A program made the translations under genes and the position numbers. The notes beneath the pieces were generated by a model. That model saw only the letters and a program-made list of their open reading frames with translations, had not been told where the DNA came from and did no database searches. Below are positions 7,598 through 16,882 of a stretch of DNA of 64,000 nucleotides, piece after piece. Numbering within the stretch: the first letter of the stretch is position 1; each line of letters begins with the position of its first letter. Origin of the DNA: Candidatus Acidiferrales bacterium (GTDB lineage Bacteria > Acidobacteriota > Terriglobia > Acidiferrales > UBA7541); assembly GCA_963701055.1 (NCBI GenBank), contig OY969563.1, positions 4,980,481 to 5,044,480 on the forward strand, given 5' to 3'.

Positions 7598-10363
7598 ATG
7601 GTGTGGATGCGACGAGTATGGATGCGCTTGCAGACGTTGTTCAAACGTCACCGTTTTGTGAAGGAACTGGATGACGAGATCCAGTTTCATTTGGACCAGC
7701 AATTTGCAGAAAACGTGGCGGCGGGAATGGACCCACTGGAGGCTCGGAGGGCTGCGATGAGAATGTTTGGAAACGGGACACAGGCGAGAGAACACGCCTG
7801 GGACGCGTGGGGCTGGGTCCGGCTGGAAGAGATGGTACAGGACATGCGTTATGCGTTGCGTCAATTGCGGAAGACGCCAGGATTCACGGCGATAGCTGTG
7901 CTGACGCTCGCGCTGGGGATTGGTGCGAACGCGGCGATCTTCACGCTGGTGAATGCCGTGATGCTGAAGAATCTGCCGGTGACCGATCCCAAGACGCTCG
8001 TGCGAATTGGAGACAACAATGATTGCTGCGTGAATGCGGGCGCGCGCGACGACGGCAACTATGCGTTATTTTCCACCGAGACATACGAACACTTACGAAA
8101 GAACGCGCCGGAGGTCGAAGATCTGGCGGCGATGCAGGCAGGCTTTGGATTCCGTCCGGTGATTGCGCGGCGGGACAGGACGCCGGAGAACCCGCGATCG
8201 GTAATGAGCGAATTCGTGTCTGGGAATTATTTCCGTACGTTTGGACTGCGGCCGGAGGCGGGACGCCTGCTCACCGACGAAGACGACCTAAAGAGTGCGC
8301 CGATAGTTGCAGTGATGAGTTACGAGATGTGGAAGCGGAACTATCGCGTTGATTTCTCGGTGATAGGGAGCACATTCTGGATTAATACGAAAGCGGTGAC
8401 AATTGCGGGAATCGCGCCAGCGGGATTTTACGGCGACCGGCTAGCCAGCACTCCTCCGGACTTTTATTTGCCGATTGAGTCGATGGCAACGCTGGCGAAC
8501 GCGCCTTACGTTCACGATTCGAATGTGGACTGGTTGTACATGATTGGCCGTGTGAAGCCTGGCGTAAACGTAGCCACGCTGCAGGCAGAAATAAGCGCAA
8601 TGGTGAAGCAGTTGTTGGCTCAGACGAAGTCCTTCTCCGATGAAACAAGCAAGAAACTGTTGGACCGGGTGCATGTCACGTTGACGCCAGGCGGCGCGGG
8701 GATTCAGGACTTGCGAGAGCAGTACGCGTCAAATCTGAAACTTTTAATGTGCGCTTCCGGACTGGTGCTGCTGATTGCGTGCGCAAATATTGCGAATCTG
8801 CTGCTGGTACGGGGGATGCGAAGGAAAGTGGAAATGTCCGTGCGAACAGCGCTAGGAGCGGCGCGAGGCAGGATCGTTCGTCAATTGCTGACGGAAAGCG
8901 TTGTTTTGGCGGGACTGGGCGGAATTGTGGGATTGGCGGTGGCGTATGGGGGAACGCAGCTACTGCTGGGACTGGTTTTTCCCGGAGCTAAGGGAGTTCC
9001 AATAGACGCGCGGCCATCTCTTGCAGTGCTTGGATTTGCTTTCAGCCTTTCTCTGCTGACGGGAGTTTTATTTGGTGTGGCGCCGGCTTGGATCGCGGCG
9101 AAGACGGATCCGGCCGATGCGTTGCGCAGCGGCTCGCGCGGAACGACGATGGGAGCTCCGCTGCTGCAGCGCGGATTGGTGGTGCTGCAGGCGGCGCTGT
9201 CACTGGTATTGCTGGTGGCCGCAGGATTATTTTCGCAGAGCCTGAGCAAACTTGAGGGCTCGGATCTGAAACTGGATTCAAAGAACCGGTACATCATACA
9301 CATTAATCCACAAGCGGCAGGCTACACGCAGCCGCAACTTGAGGCGCTGTACCGAATGATGGAGCAGCGATTTCACACGCTACCCGGTGTGAAGAGTGTT
9401 GGCATCAGCTCGTACACACCGATGGAGGACAACAACTGGGGCACCGCGGTGCAGGTGCAAGGAGAAGCTCATACGGATCAAGCTTCGATCGTGAGAGCAA
9501 ATGCGGATTATTTTGGTTCGGTCGGAACACGCGTTGTGATGGGACGTGGAATCAGCGTGCAGGACACAACTACGGCGCCGACCGTGGAAGTGGTGAACGA
9601 GACGTTCGTGAAAGGCATGTTCCCGAAGGGTGACAATCCGATCGGGAAGAGGTTCGGCAATCCAGGACCGGAGTCGAACGGGGATTACGAAATCGTCGGA
9701 GTTGTTCAGGATACGACTTATACGACGGTCCGCTGGAAGGACCACAAAATGTATTTCTTGCCGATGCTGCAACGGCTGGCGCGCGATAGCAGGCCGATCG
9801 AGGAAGATACTTCGCTGTATGCTGGCGCGATAGTGGTGGAAACAGAGGCGCCAGTGAACAACATCGAAGAACTGGCACGCAGCACACTGGCGGAGATTAA
9901 TCCGAACCTGGCGGTGGTGAAATTCCAGACGTTCGACCAGCAGATTGCAGACAGCTTTAACGATGACCGCATGGTGGCGCGATTGACGACGCTGTTTGGC
10001 GGACTGGCGCTGGTGCTCGCAACGATTGGACTGTATGGCGTGACCGCATACACGGTGGCCCGGCGGACTTCAGAGATCGGCATACGCATGGCGCTGGGGG
10101 CGCAACCCGGCAGCGTGATTACGATGGTGATGCGCGACGCAATGAGCCAGACAGCGATTGGGTTGGCGATTGGCGTTCCAGTGGCTCTGCTGTGTGTGAA
10201 GTTTGTGGAGTCGCAGCTTTATGAGATCAAGAGTGTGAATGCCGCAGTGATGGTGATGGTGATGGCGATTTTGTCGCTGGGGATGGCATCGTCGCTGGCG
10301 GGGATAATTCCGGCACGGAAGGCGGCGGCGACAGATCCGGCGCAAACTTTGCGAGCGGAGTAG
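7598..10363 (+). CDS. ADOP-family duplicated FtsX/MacB-type permease (no cognate ATPase nearby)
   Basis: The N-terminal permease-prefix motif (RLQTLFKRHRFVKELDDEIQFHL) is followed by two repeats of TM + large periplasmic domain + 3-TM FtsX-like block. AGGAG lies 8 nt before the ATG and overlaps the padR stop. Confidence 0.85.
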   Translation: MVWMRRVWMRLQTLFKRHRFVKELDDEIQFHLDQQFAENVAAGMDPLEARRAAMRMFGNGTQAREHAWDAWGWVRLEEMVQDMRYALRQLRKTPGFTAIAVLTLALGIGANAAIFTLVNAVMLKNLPVTDPKTLVRIGDNNDCCVNAGARDDGNYALFSTETYEHLRKNAPEVEDLAAMQAGFGFRPVIARRDRTPENPRSVMSEFVSGNYFRTFGLRPEAGRLLTDEDDLKSAPIVAVMSYEMWKRNYRVDFSVIGSTFWINTKAVTIAGIAPAGFYGDRLASTPPDFYLPIESMATLANAPYVHDSNVDWLYMIGRVKPGVNVATLQAEISAMVKQLLAQTKSFSDETSKKLLDRVHVTLTPGGAGIQDLREQYASNLKLLMCASGLVLLIACANIANLLLVRGMRRKVEMSVRTALGAARGRIVRQLLTESVVLAGLGGIVGLAVAYGGTQLLLGLVFPGAKGVPIDARPSLAVLGFAFSLSLLTGVLFGVAPAWIAAKTDPADALRSGSRGTTMGAPLLQRGLVVLQAALSLVLLVAAGLFSQSLSKLEGSDLKLDSKNRYIIHINPQAAGYTQPQLEALYRMMEQRFHTLPGVKSVGISSYTPMEDNNWGTAVQVQGEAHTDQASIVRANADYFGSVGTRVVMGRGISVQDTTTAPTVEVVNETFVKGMFPKGDNPIGKRFGNPGPESNGDYEIVGVVQDTTYTTVRWKDHKMYFLPMLQRLARDSRPIEEDTSLYAGAIVVETEAPVNNIEELARSTLAEINPNLAVVKFQTFDQQIADSFNDDRMVARLTTLFGGLALVLATIGLYGVTAYTVARRTSEIGIRMALGAQPGSVITMVMRDAMSQTAIGLAIGVPVALLCVKFVESQLYEIKSVNAAVMVMVMAILSLGMASSLAGIIPARKAAATDPAQTLRAE

Positions 10364-10557
10364 GCTGATTCAAAACACCGTTTTCCCGCCGTGATTACGA
10401 TTCGCTCTATCCTTTATGGAGCTGCTTGGCAACGCAAGTCCGCAGACTAAACAATCAAGCAGCGGTCACATCCCGAACGTGCAAACAGCGCATAAACCTT
10501 ATATAATCAATAGGTTGACTCGTCCGCGATCGTCCTGAAATCGCCCCGGAGACAATC

Positions 10558-12249
10558 ATGCTGCGGTTATTTTGTAAGCGACTGGCCGCATTCTTTTTCT
10601 GCGCCGCGGCAGTGTGCTTGTCGCCGCGTGTTAGCGCGGGCCAAGCTGCTCCCGCCGCCGCTCAACCGCCAATCACCGATTACATCGCCAAGGGCTGGGA
10701 CAGCTTGACGCGGTCGATGACCGACTGCGCCACCGTGGTCGATCCAAAAGTTACTTCCAAGTCAGTCCTTTATATTCCCGCAGATTTTGCCGTGACCGCG
10801 GACATGCGTGAACTTGAAAAGCGCTGTGGTGTGGAAATTCGCGCGTTGCCCAAAGTGATCACGAAGGCGGGAGACATCGATACAAATTCCTTCCATCCCC
10901 AGGGTTTGTTGTATGTGCCGGAACGCTATGTTGTGCCTGGGGGCCGCTTCAATGAAATGTATGGATGGGACAGCTACTTCATCATTCGTGGCTTGCTGAG
11001 AGACGGCCGGCTCGATCTTGCACGCGACATCGTCGAAAATTTCTTTTTCGAAATTGAGCATTACGGCAGCGTGCTGAACGCCAACCGCACCTATTATCTG
11101 AGCCGGTCCCAGCAGCCGTTCTTGAGCTCCATGATTTTCGCGGTTTATAACGCAGAGAAAGAAAAAGGCCACGAGGATCGCGCGTGGCTCGAGCGAGCTT
11201 ATGGGTATGCCACGCGCGATCACCAGATGTGGCTGCGGCCGGAGTTGCTTGCCGGTGACACGGGGCTATCACGCTATTTCGATTTTGGGGAAGGGCCTGC
11301 TCCGGAGAGCCTGAAAGACGAAGTAGATCATTACCGGCAGGTGGTGGAATATTTCTTGAATCATGCGGACCAGATTGCGGGGCGGGTGGACGAGCGGCTA
11401 CCCGGCCAGACCAAAGAACTGGGCCCCGGGATGACTTACACGTTGCGACTGTGCGATGAGCCGCAGGGTATGGGGCATGCGGAGTGCGATCAGATACGCG
11501 AACTGTCGCTGAGCCGCGATTTTTATAAAGGGGATCGGGCGATGCGCGAGTCCGGGTTTGATATTTCCTTCCGCTTCGGACCGTTTGGTGCCGATACACA
11601 TCATTACGCCGCGGTTTGCTTGAACAGCCTGCTATACAAAACGGAACTGGACCTGGCGAAAATGAGCGACGTTCTGGGACGCAAGGCCGACGCCGAATCA
11701 TGGCGGCAACAGGCCAACGCGCGGCGGACGGCCATTAACAAATATCTCTGGGACGAAGCAAAAGGCGAATTCTTCGATTATGATTTCATGCGCCACAAGC
11801 GCTCCACTTACGAATATCTGACTACTTTTTATCCGCTTTGGGTTGGGCTGGCCACGCCGCAGCAAGCCAGCGCGGTGGAGGCGAACCTGAAAGTCTTCGA
11901 ACGGCCCGGTGGCGCGGCCATGAGTCCTTACGATACCGGGGCGCAATGGGATTTTCCGTATGCCTGGGCGCCGACGCAAATGATTCTGGTGGACGGGCTG
12001 CGCGAATATGGCTTCACGGAAGATGCGAATCGTGTTTCATTCGAATTCGCCGGTACGGTTGCGCAAAATTATGAGAAGCAAGGTTACATCGTGGAAAAGT
12101 ACAATGCCGTAACGCGCTCGACCGATGCCGCCGTTACGATTGGCTACCAGATCAATGTTGTCGGCTTTGGTTGGACTAACGCAGCTTACCTGGATTTTCT
12201 TGCCGAACTTCCCCCGGCAAAGCGCAGCGAACTCGAGCGCATCCACTGA
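10558..12249 (+). CDS. treA: Periplasmic alpha,alpha-trehalase (GH37)
   Basis: Both trehalase signatures are present: PGGRFNEMYGWDSYF and QWDFPYAWAPTQ. There is an N-terminal signal peptide. Confidence 0.9.
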   Translation: MLRLFCKRLAAFFFCAAAVCLSPRVSAGQAAPAAAQPPITDYIAKGWDSLTRSMTDCATVVDPKVTSKSVLYIPADFAVTADMRELEKRCGVEIRALPKVITKAGDIDTNSFHPQGLLYVPERYVVPGGRFNEMYGWDSYFIIRGLLRDGRLDLARDIVENFFFEIEHYGSVLNANRTYYLSRSQQPFLSSMIFAVYNAEKEKGHEDRAWLERAYGYATRDHQMWLRPELLAGDTGLSRYFDFGEGPAPESLKDEVDHYRQVVEYFLNHADQIAGRVDERLPGQTKELGPGMTYTLRLCDEPQGMGHAECDQIRELSLSRDFYKGDRAMRESGFDISFRFGPFGADTHHYAAVCLNSLLYKTELDLAKMSDVLGRKADAESWRQQANARRTAINKYLWDEAKGEFFDYDFMRHKRSTYEYLTTFYPLWVGLATPQQASAVEANLKVFERPGGAAMSPYDTGAQWDFPYAWAPTQMILVDGLREYGFTEDANRVSFEFAGTVAQNYEKQGYIVEKYNAVTRSTDAAVTIGYQINVVGFGWTNAAYLDFLAELPPAKRSELERIH

Positions 12250-12269
12250 ATTCCCCCAAGAACAGGAGC

Positions 12270-13367
12270 TCAAGGCTTGGTTGGGTTGCGAGTCAATTCG
12301 TCCGCCTCTTTTAGCTGTCGCTCCGCGTCGGCTGTCTGTCCGAGCGTGCGATACGCCTGCCCCAGCAGTTGGTGCGCCATGGCGTTGCCGGGATCCATAC
12401 TGATGGCGCGTTGAAGAGCGCGGACTGCCAGTTCGGTCTCACCTTTTTTCTCCAGCACTTTGCCCATCAGGATGTAGGGGCCGGTGGAGTTTGCGTCCAG
12501 CCAGATGGAACGCTCCAGCAATCGCTCCGCTTCGTCAAATTTCTGTAGTCGCATGTTGGCGTCCGCAAGTTTGAAGTAAGCATTCGCGTATCCCGGATTG
12601 ATGGCAATCTCCTGTTGGAGCTGGCTGATGGCCTGATCTATTTTCGATTGATAGAGGTAGAGTTCACCAAGAAGGTAGTGCGCAAGCGGCAGCTTGGGAT
12701 CCAGTGCGGTGGCTTTCAATGCGTACTCTTCCGCGACTGGTCCGAAATCCAGCCGAAACAACACGCGCGCGCAAAACAAGTACGCGGCTGCGGAATCGGG
12801 CGCGACTCCATACATTTTCGCGAAGGCCGCACGGGCGTGGTCATATTGTTTGGACTGGATGTAGGCGACGCCCAGAATATACGAGGCGTCGACGTTCGCG
12901 CGCGAATACCAGGTTTGCACTTTTTCAAGGTACGGGATGGCTTCGCCAGGCTTTCCGGCAAGGTACAAAGAGAGTCCCATCAACTGGATCGCCTCTGAAT
13001 CTTGCGGGTTCTCGTTCAGGGCCTTTTGCAGGTTCAGAATGGCGTTCAGATAGTCGCTTTTCTTGTAATAGGCGATTCCCAATTCGCGGGCCAGCCCCTT
13101 GGGCGGCGGCGTTTGATTTTGCATGGCCTCAAGTTGAGCGATGGCTTCAGTAAATTTTCCGAGTTGCAACAGGTGATCGGCTTCCACAAATGGCGAGGCG
13201 GAAGACGCGGAATCTTGTGACGGCGATTGTGGGAATCCGGCTGAGTCTCGCGCGAGAACCACTGCCAAAACAGGAATGACTAAGATACCGAATGCCATTT
13301 TACTCAGAAAGCGTGTAACGATCACGATTCTCCGTACGGCTTCGACAAGATGAAAAGCTTCCGTCAT
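12270..13367 (-). CDS. Membrane-anchored TPR repeat protein
   Basis: Track ORF 12270..13376. I prefer the ATG at 13367 because it forms an ATGA overlap with the stop of the upstream heptaheme gene (13364-13367). A TM segment (AFGILVIPVLAVVLA) is followed by about 8 TPR-like repeats. Confidence 0.8.
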   Translation of the reverse strand: MTEAFHLVEAVRRIVIVTRFLSKMAFGILVIPVLAVVLARDSAGFPQSPSQDSASSASPFVEADHLLQLGKFTEAIAQLEAMQNQTPPPKGLARELGIAYYKKSDYLNAILNLQKALNENPQDSEAIQLMGLSLYLAGKPGEAIPYLEKVQTWYSRANVDASYILGVAYIQSKQYDHARAAFAKMYGVAPDSAAAYLFCARVLFRLDFGPVAEEYALKATALDPKLPLAHYLLGELYLYQSKIDQAISQLQQEIAINPGYANAYFKLADANMRLQKFDEAERLLERSIWLDANSTGPYILMGKVLEKKGETELAVRALQRAISMDPGNAMAHQLLGQAYRTLGQTADAERQLKEADELTRNPTKP

Positions 13368-15058
13368 GGAGCACACCGCGGAGGGTTCGCGCTTAGCTCG
13401 ACAAGTAATTTCTTGGCCGGGCCAAGATCCGGATTGAAACGGAGCACGCGCCGCACGGAGTTACGCGCGGTTTCAAATTGTTGTGTCTGGCAGAATATGC
13501 GAGCCAAATTCATCCCGATTTCACTCCTTGCTGGAGCGCGCTCGAACGCATCCTGCAACAGCTTGACAGCTTCGGCAGTGCGGCCGTGATTCGCCTCGAG
13601 CACGCCCAGATTCGTTGCGGCATCGATGAGCGTGGCATCTTGCTGCAAGGCTCTGTTGTACAGTGCGCGCGCCTGATTGTCATCTCCGCGTTTTTGCGCC
13701 GAATAGGCAATAGCAGACAAGAGCGCCGGATCGTCAGGGAATTGCCGCAAAGCCGCTTGCAAGAAACCATCCGCTTCAGGCTGTGCCATGGTCATTCCAG
13801 AGTCGACCATGGATTGCCACGCTAGCGCCAGTTCTCTCCCTTCTTGCGCTGCCTCCTCTGTGCGCGGAAACGGAACCAATTCTGGCAGCGCGGCGGTAGG
13901 CGACTGCGTGGCATTTTCCCTCGCCGGGCGCCGGAGGATGCGATGGTCTGTTACTTCCGTGTGGGCCACGTCGGTGCTAGGAGACGGGGGCATGTGGCAA
14001 GAGGTGCAGTCCTGTTGCTTGCGATGATGCTTCGCACCGAATGTTTCGCCATGACAGGCGATACACTTCGCCCTGTAGAAAGCCACTCGCTTTTCGCGAG
14101 GCACGGTCTGGTGCGGGTCGTGACAACTCATGCAGTTCATGGCATCGCCCGACTTTTGTTTGCACACGCTTCGGGCCAGCGCTTCGAACTGGCTGGTGGC
14201 CCGGAGGCCCTGCGGCACATTTCCAGCGAGCACGAAATAGCGCACATAGTCGGCCAGATCCGCACCTGGTTTGTACTCATAAAGATGTTTGCCGGCGCGT
14301 TCGATGGCAGCGTTTCCCTCAAGATGGCACTGCATGCAATCCTGATCGCGCAGTTTCGGGGAAAGCTTGCTGGGATTCACAATCGCTCCGCCAAGGACGT
14401 GGGCAGCGCCCGGCCCGTGACACCGTTCGCATGTCACGCCCGAAAAAAGAAAAATCGGTGTGGCGTACTTGTTTTCCGTGCCGTCGATGGGCGCTCGCAC
14501 GCCGCTGACATGACAGTTCAGGCAACTGGTCAGAGCCGGCAGGTTCAGCGGAATCTCGCGTACGTTCCCATAAGCGGGGGCCATGTCCCACATGTGACGG
14601 TCGGCGTACCAATTGACGGGTGACTCGAAGACGAAGCCGTCGTCGGAAAAAAGGTAGGTGCGTCCACGCCGGCCTTCTCCGATGTAATACAGCAATTCTC
14701 GCTTGCCCTTCACCAGCGGATCGTCAGGACGATCGAAGCTCAGCCAAACCTTTCCGCCATCGCTAAAAATCACGTAATACACTCCGGATTGTTTGTGAGT
14801 GAACTCGCCGGCGATCAGGTTTTCCTCCGCAGGTCCGCTGGCATGAGCCATTGCCGATCTCATGTAGGATTCGTAGATCGTGGCGTGGCATTTCGCACAA
14901 GCTTGATTGCCGACATATCCATCGGCATTCGCGCCTGATGCGGCGGTGGACGTAGTTTTCGGGACGTCTTGCGAAGCGGCCGCAATTGAAAAGCCAAGGA
15001 AATAAAGAAGCGCAATTCCGAACAGCCATTCGCGGCGGTTCTGGTGGCGTGCAATCAC
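13364..15058 (-). CDS. Heptaheme c-type cytochrome with C-terminal TPR domain
   Basis: Seven CxxCH motifs: CAKCH, CLNCH, CERCH, CMQCH, CMSCH, CIACH, CTSCH. N-terminal anchor is WLFGIALLYFLGFSIAAASQ. TPR repeats occupy the last ~150 aa. The start is GTG. Confidence 0.85.
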   Translation of the reverse strand: MIARHQNRREWLFGIALLYFLGFSIAAASQDVPKTTSTAASGANADGYVGNQACAKCHATIYESYMRSAMAHASGPAEENLIAGEFTHKQSGVYYVIFSDGGKVWLSFDRPDDPLVKGKRELLYYIGEGRRGRTYLFSDDGFVFESPVNWYADRHMWDMAPAYGNVREIPLNLPALTSCLNCHVSGVRAPIDGTENKYATPIFLFSGVTCERCHGPGAAHVLGGAIVNPSKLSPKLRDQDCMQCHLEGNAAIERAGKHLYEYKPGADLADYVRYFVLAGNVPQGLRATSQFEALARSVCKQKSGDAMNCMSCHDPHQTVPREKRVAFYRAKCIACHGETFGAKHHRKQQDCTSCHMPPSPSTDVAHTEVTDHRILRRPARENATQSPTAALPELVPFPRTEEAAQEGRELALAWQSMVDSGMTMAQPEADGFLQAALRQFPDDPALLSAIAYSAQKRGDDNQARALYNRALQQDATLIDAATNLGVLEANHGRTAEAVKLLQDAFERAPARSEIGMNLARIFCQTQQFETARNSVRRVLRFNPDLGPAKKLLVELSANPPRCAP

Positions 15059-15073
15059 TCGAACATTCCCGCG

Positions 15074-16882
15074 CTATGGTTGCACATTGGGAACAACACC
15101 GATTTGTTGCAGGTTTTCGCGCGCGAGCTTGTTGCTGGGATCGATCTTCAGAGCACGCTCGAAATGCAGTCTCGCTTCCGGTAGATCGCCGGTCACAGCG
15201 AAAGCGCTGCCGAGATTGGCTTCCGCGTTGGCATCGTCCGGATGGAGGCGCGTGGCCGCGCGAAACTGTTCAATCGCTTCGGAAAATCGGCTTTGCGACA
15301 CAAAAGCACTCGCCAGATTGTAGTGCGCGTCAAAGTTATCGGGCTGAGCCTGGAGCGCGGCCTGAAGGTGACGGATGGCATCATCGACGCGCCCGGCAGC
15401 GAGCAACGATGCGCCGAGAGCGTTGTTCGCCGTGGCATCCTGGGGACGAAGACGCACCGCGAGTTGGAACTGCTGGATCGCCTCTGTCTGCGCTCCCTGT
15501 GCCTGAAGGATGGCAGCCAGATTGTAATGAGATTCAAAGTCCGAAGGATTTTTTTCTATATTGTGGCGCGCCATCGCTTCTTGCACCAGCATCCGCGGAT
15601 CGACGTTAGGATCTGAAGAAGGATGCGGCAGTACTTGCAGCCAGAGATGCGCCATTTCGTCGGTGGAGCGGTTGCCCGCCACAACACGCCGCGGAGGGTG
15701 ATTGGGATTTGTGATGTTTTCGGCTGAATTGTTGTAGATGAAGCGCATGGTGATCGTCGTGCCTTTGGGCAAAGACACTGGCTGCGCATAGCGATAAACG
15801 GCTTGCCAGTTCAAATCCCATTGCGGAATGTGAATCAATGTTTCAGTGGAACCATCAGGCAGCGCGGCAATCGCCTGCAAATCCTTGCCTAGATAATGCG
15901 CGTGCGGGTAAATTGCCAGCAAATCCACGTCGACGGGAAGCGTGAATTCATCCGTAACCAGAAACTGTTTTGCGCCTGCGGGAATGTCGAGTTGGCCATC
16001 GTTTTCCATCTGCAGCAATAAGGGGAAAAGCGTGGCAGGCTCATCGGTGAAGTACAGCCCCAGGCTTGGCTGAATCTTCTCCGGCTTGCCGGAAGGCTGC
16101 AGATGAACATTCAGGACGAGATCGGTGTCTTTATCCAAACGCAAAGCCATGCCCTTTGGCTCAGGCTGAATCACTGTGCCGGGTTTCCAAAACAGAAAGT
16201 GGCTGTCAGGATCGAAAGCCTCCGATTCGATCTTTAGTTCCATGCCAGGGAAGCCCGCGCCGGACTCCTGTTCCTGAGCGCGCGCCGATTGATTGCGATC
16301 CACGAGGATGTTGGCATGGTGAACGACGCGCTTGTCGCCGGGGCGGATTTCGATGGCCTTCAACCAACGCGTGCGGTCGACGGGCGTGCGAAAAATAAAA
16401 TTCCAATACATGTCGTAGCCGCTTGCAGGCAGGACATAAGACTTTGCCGCCTGAACGATTTCGTCGGGTTGCCCCAGTTGCCAGCCGGGCACGAATTCTG
16501 GCGCCCGGGGCAAATCGGCGGCCACGCCTTCCGATTCACCCTGCTCCACCCATTTTTCAATCAGGCTAATTTGTTCGTCGGACAATCGAAGTTCGTCGGC
16601 AAATCGCAGCGGCTGAGGCGCGGGCAACCACGGCGGCATAATGCGCTGCGCGGTGATCGCAGCGATCTGGCGCGCGTGAGACTTGGCGTCCACATAGGTG
16701 AGAAGTGGAAACGGCCCGGCTTCTCCGGGGCGATGGCAAGGGGCGCAATAGTGAAAAAGGATTGGGGCAATATCGCGATTAAAGGTGACGCGTTCTTCGC
16801 CCGATCGTGTTGCGAACGCCACCATCGTCAGGCACCCGGTTCCGAGCAAGAACGCCGAAATTGTTCCCCAAGACAAGGTCAT
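15074..16882 (-). CDS. Fusion protein: PSCyt1-type monoheme cytochrome c + PHM/DBH-like copper monooxygenase core + 4 TPR repeats
   Basis: Track ORF 15074..16903. I prefer the ATG at 16882, which forms an ATGA overlap with the upstream stop. The heme domain reads DIAPILFHYCAPCHRPGEAGPFPLLTY...RIMPPW. His/Met motifs follow the order of the PHM CuH/CuM ligands: VVHHANIL, DSHFLFW, YPHAHYLG, TDEMAHLW. The C-terminus carries TPRs. Confidence 0.75.
   Translation of the reverse strand: MTLSWGTISAFLLGTGCLTMVAFATRSGEERVTFNRDIAPILFHYCAPCHRPGEAGPFPLLTYVDAKSHARQIAAITAQRIMPPWLPAPQPLRFADELRLSDEQISLIEKWVEQGESEGVAADLPRAPEFVPGWQLGQPDEIVQAAKSYVLPASGYDMYWNFIFRTPVDRTRWLKAIEIRPGDKRVVHHANILVDRNQSARAQEQESGAGFPGMELKIESEAFDPDSHFLFWKPGTVIQPEPKGMALRLDKDTDLVLNVHLQPSGKPEKIQPSLGLYFTDEPATLFPLLLQMENDGQLDIPAGAKQFLVTDEFTLPVDVDLLAIYPHAHYLGKDLQAIAALPDGSTETLIHIPQWDLNWQAVYRYAQPVSLPKGTTITMRFIYNNSAENITNPNHPPRRVVAGNRSTDEMAHLWLQVLPHPSSDPNVDPRMLVQEAMARHNIEKNPSDFESHYNLAAILQAQGAQTEAIQQFQLAVRLRPQDATANNALGASLLAAGRVDDAIRHLQAALQAQPDNFDAHYNLASAFVSQSRFSEAIEQFRAATRLHPDDANAEANLGSAFAVTGDLPEARLHFERALKIDPSNKLARENLQQIGVVPNVQP

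Noticed and set aside
10397-10409. A 13-nt exact repeat ACGATTCGCTCTA downstream of the ADOP permease gene, found again at 39587-39599 downstream of the ECF sigma gene.
   Set aside because: Some 13-mer coincidences are expected by chance in 64 kb. There is no flanking similarity or secondary structure.
10478-10505. A perfect TATAAT at 10500-10505 upstream of treA, considered as a promoter.
   Set aside because: No acceptable -35 hexamer lies 16-18 nt upstream (best candidates ACGTGC/CGTGCA), so the call is too weak to report as a feature.
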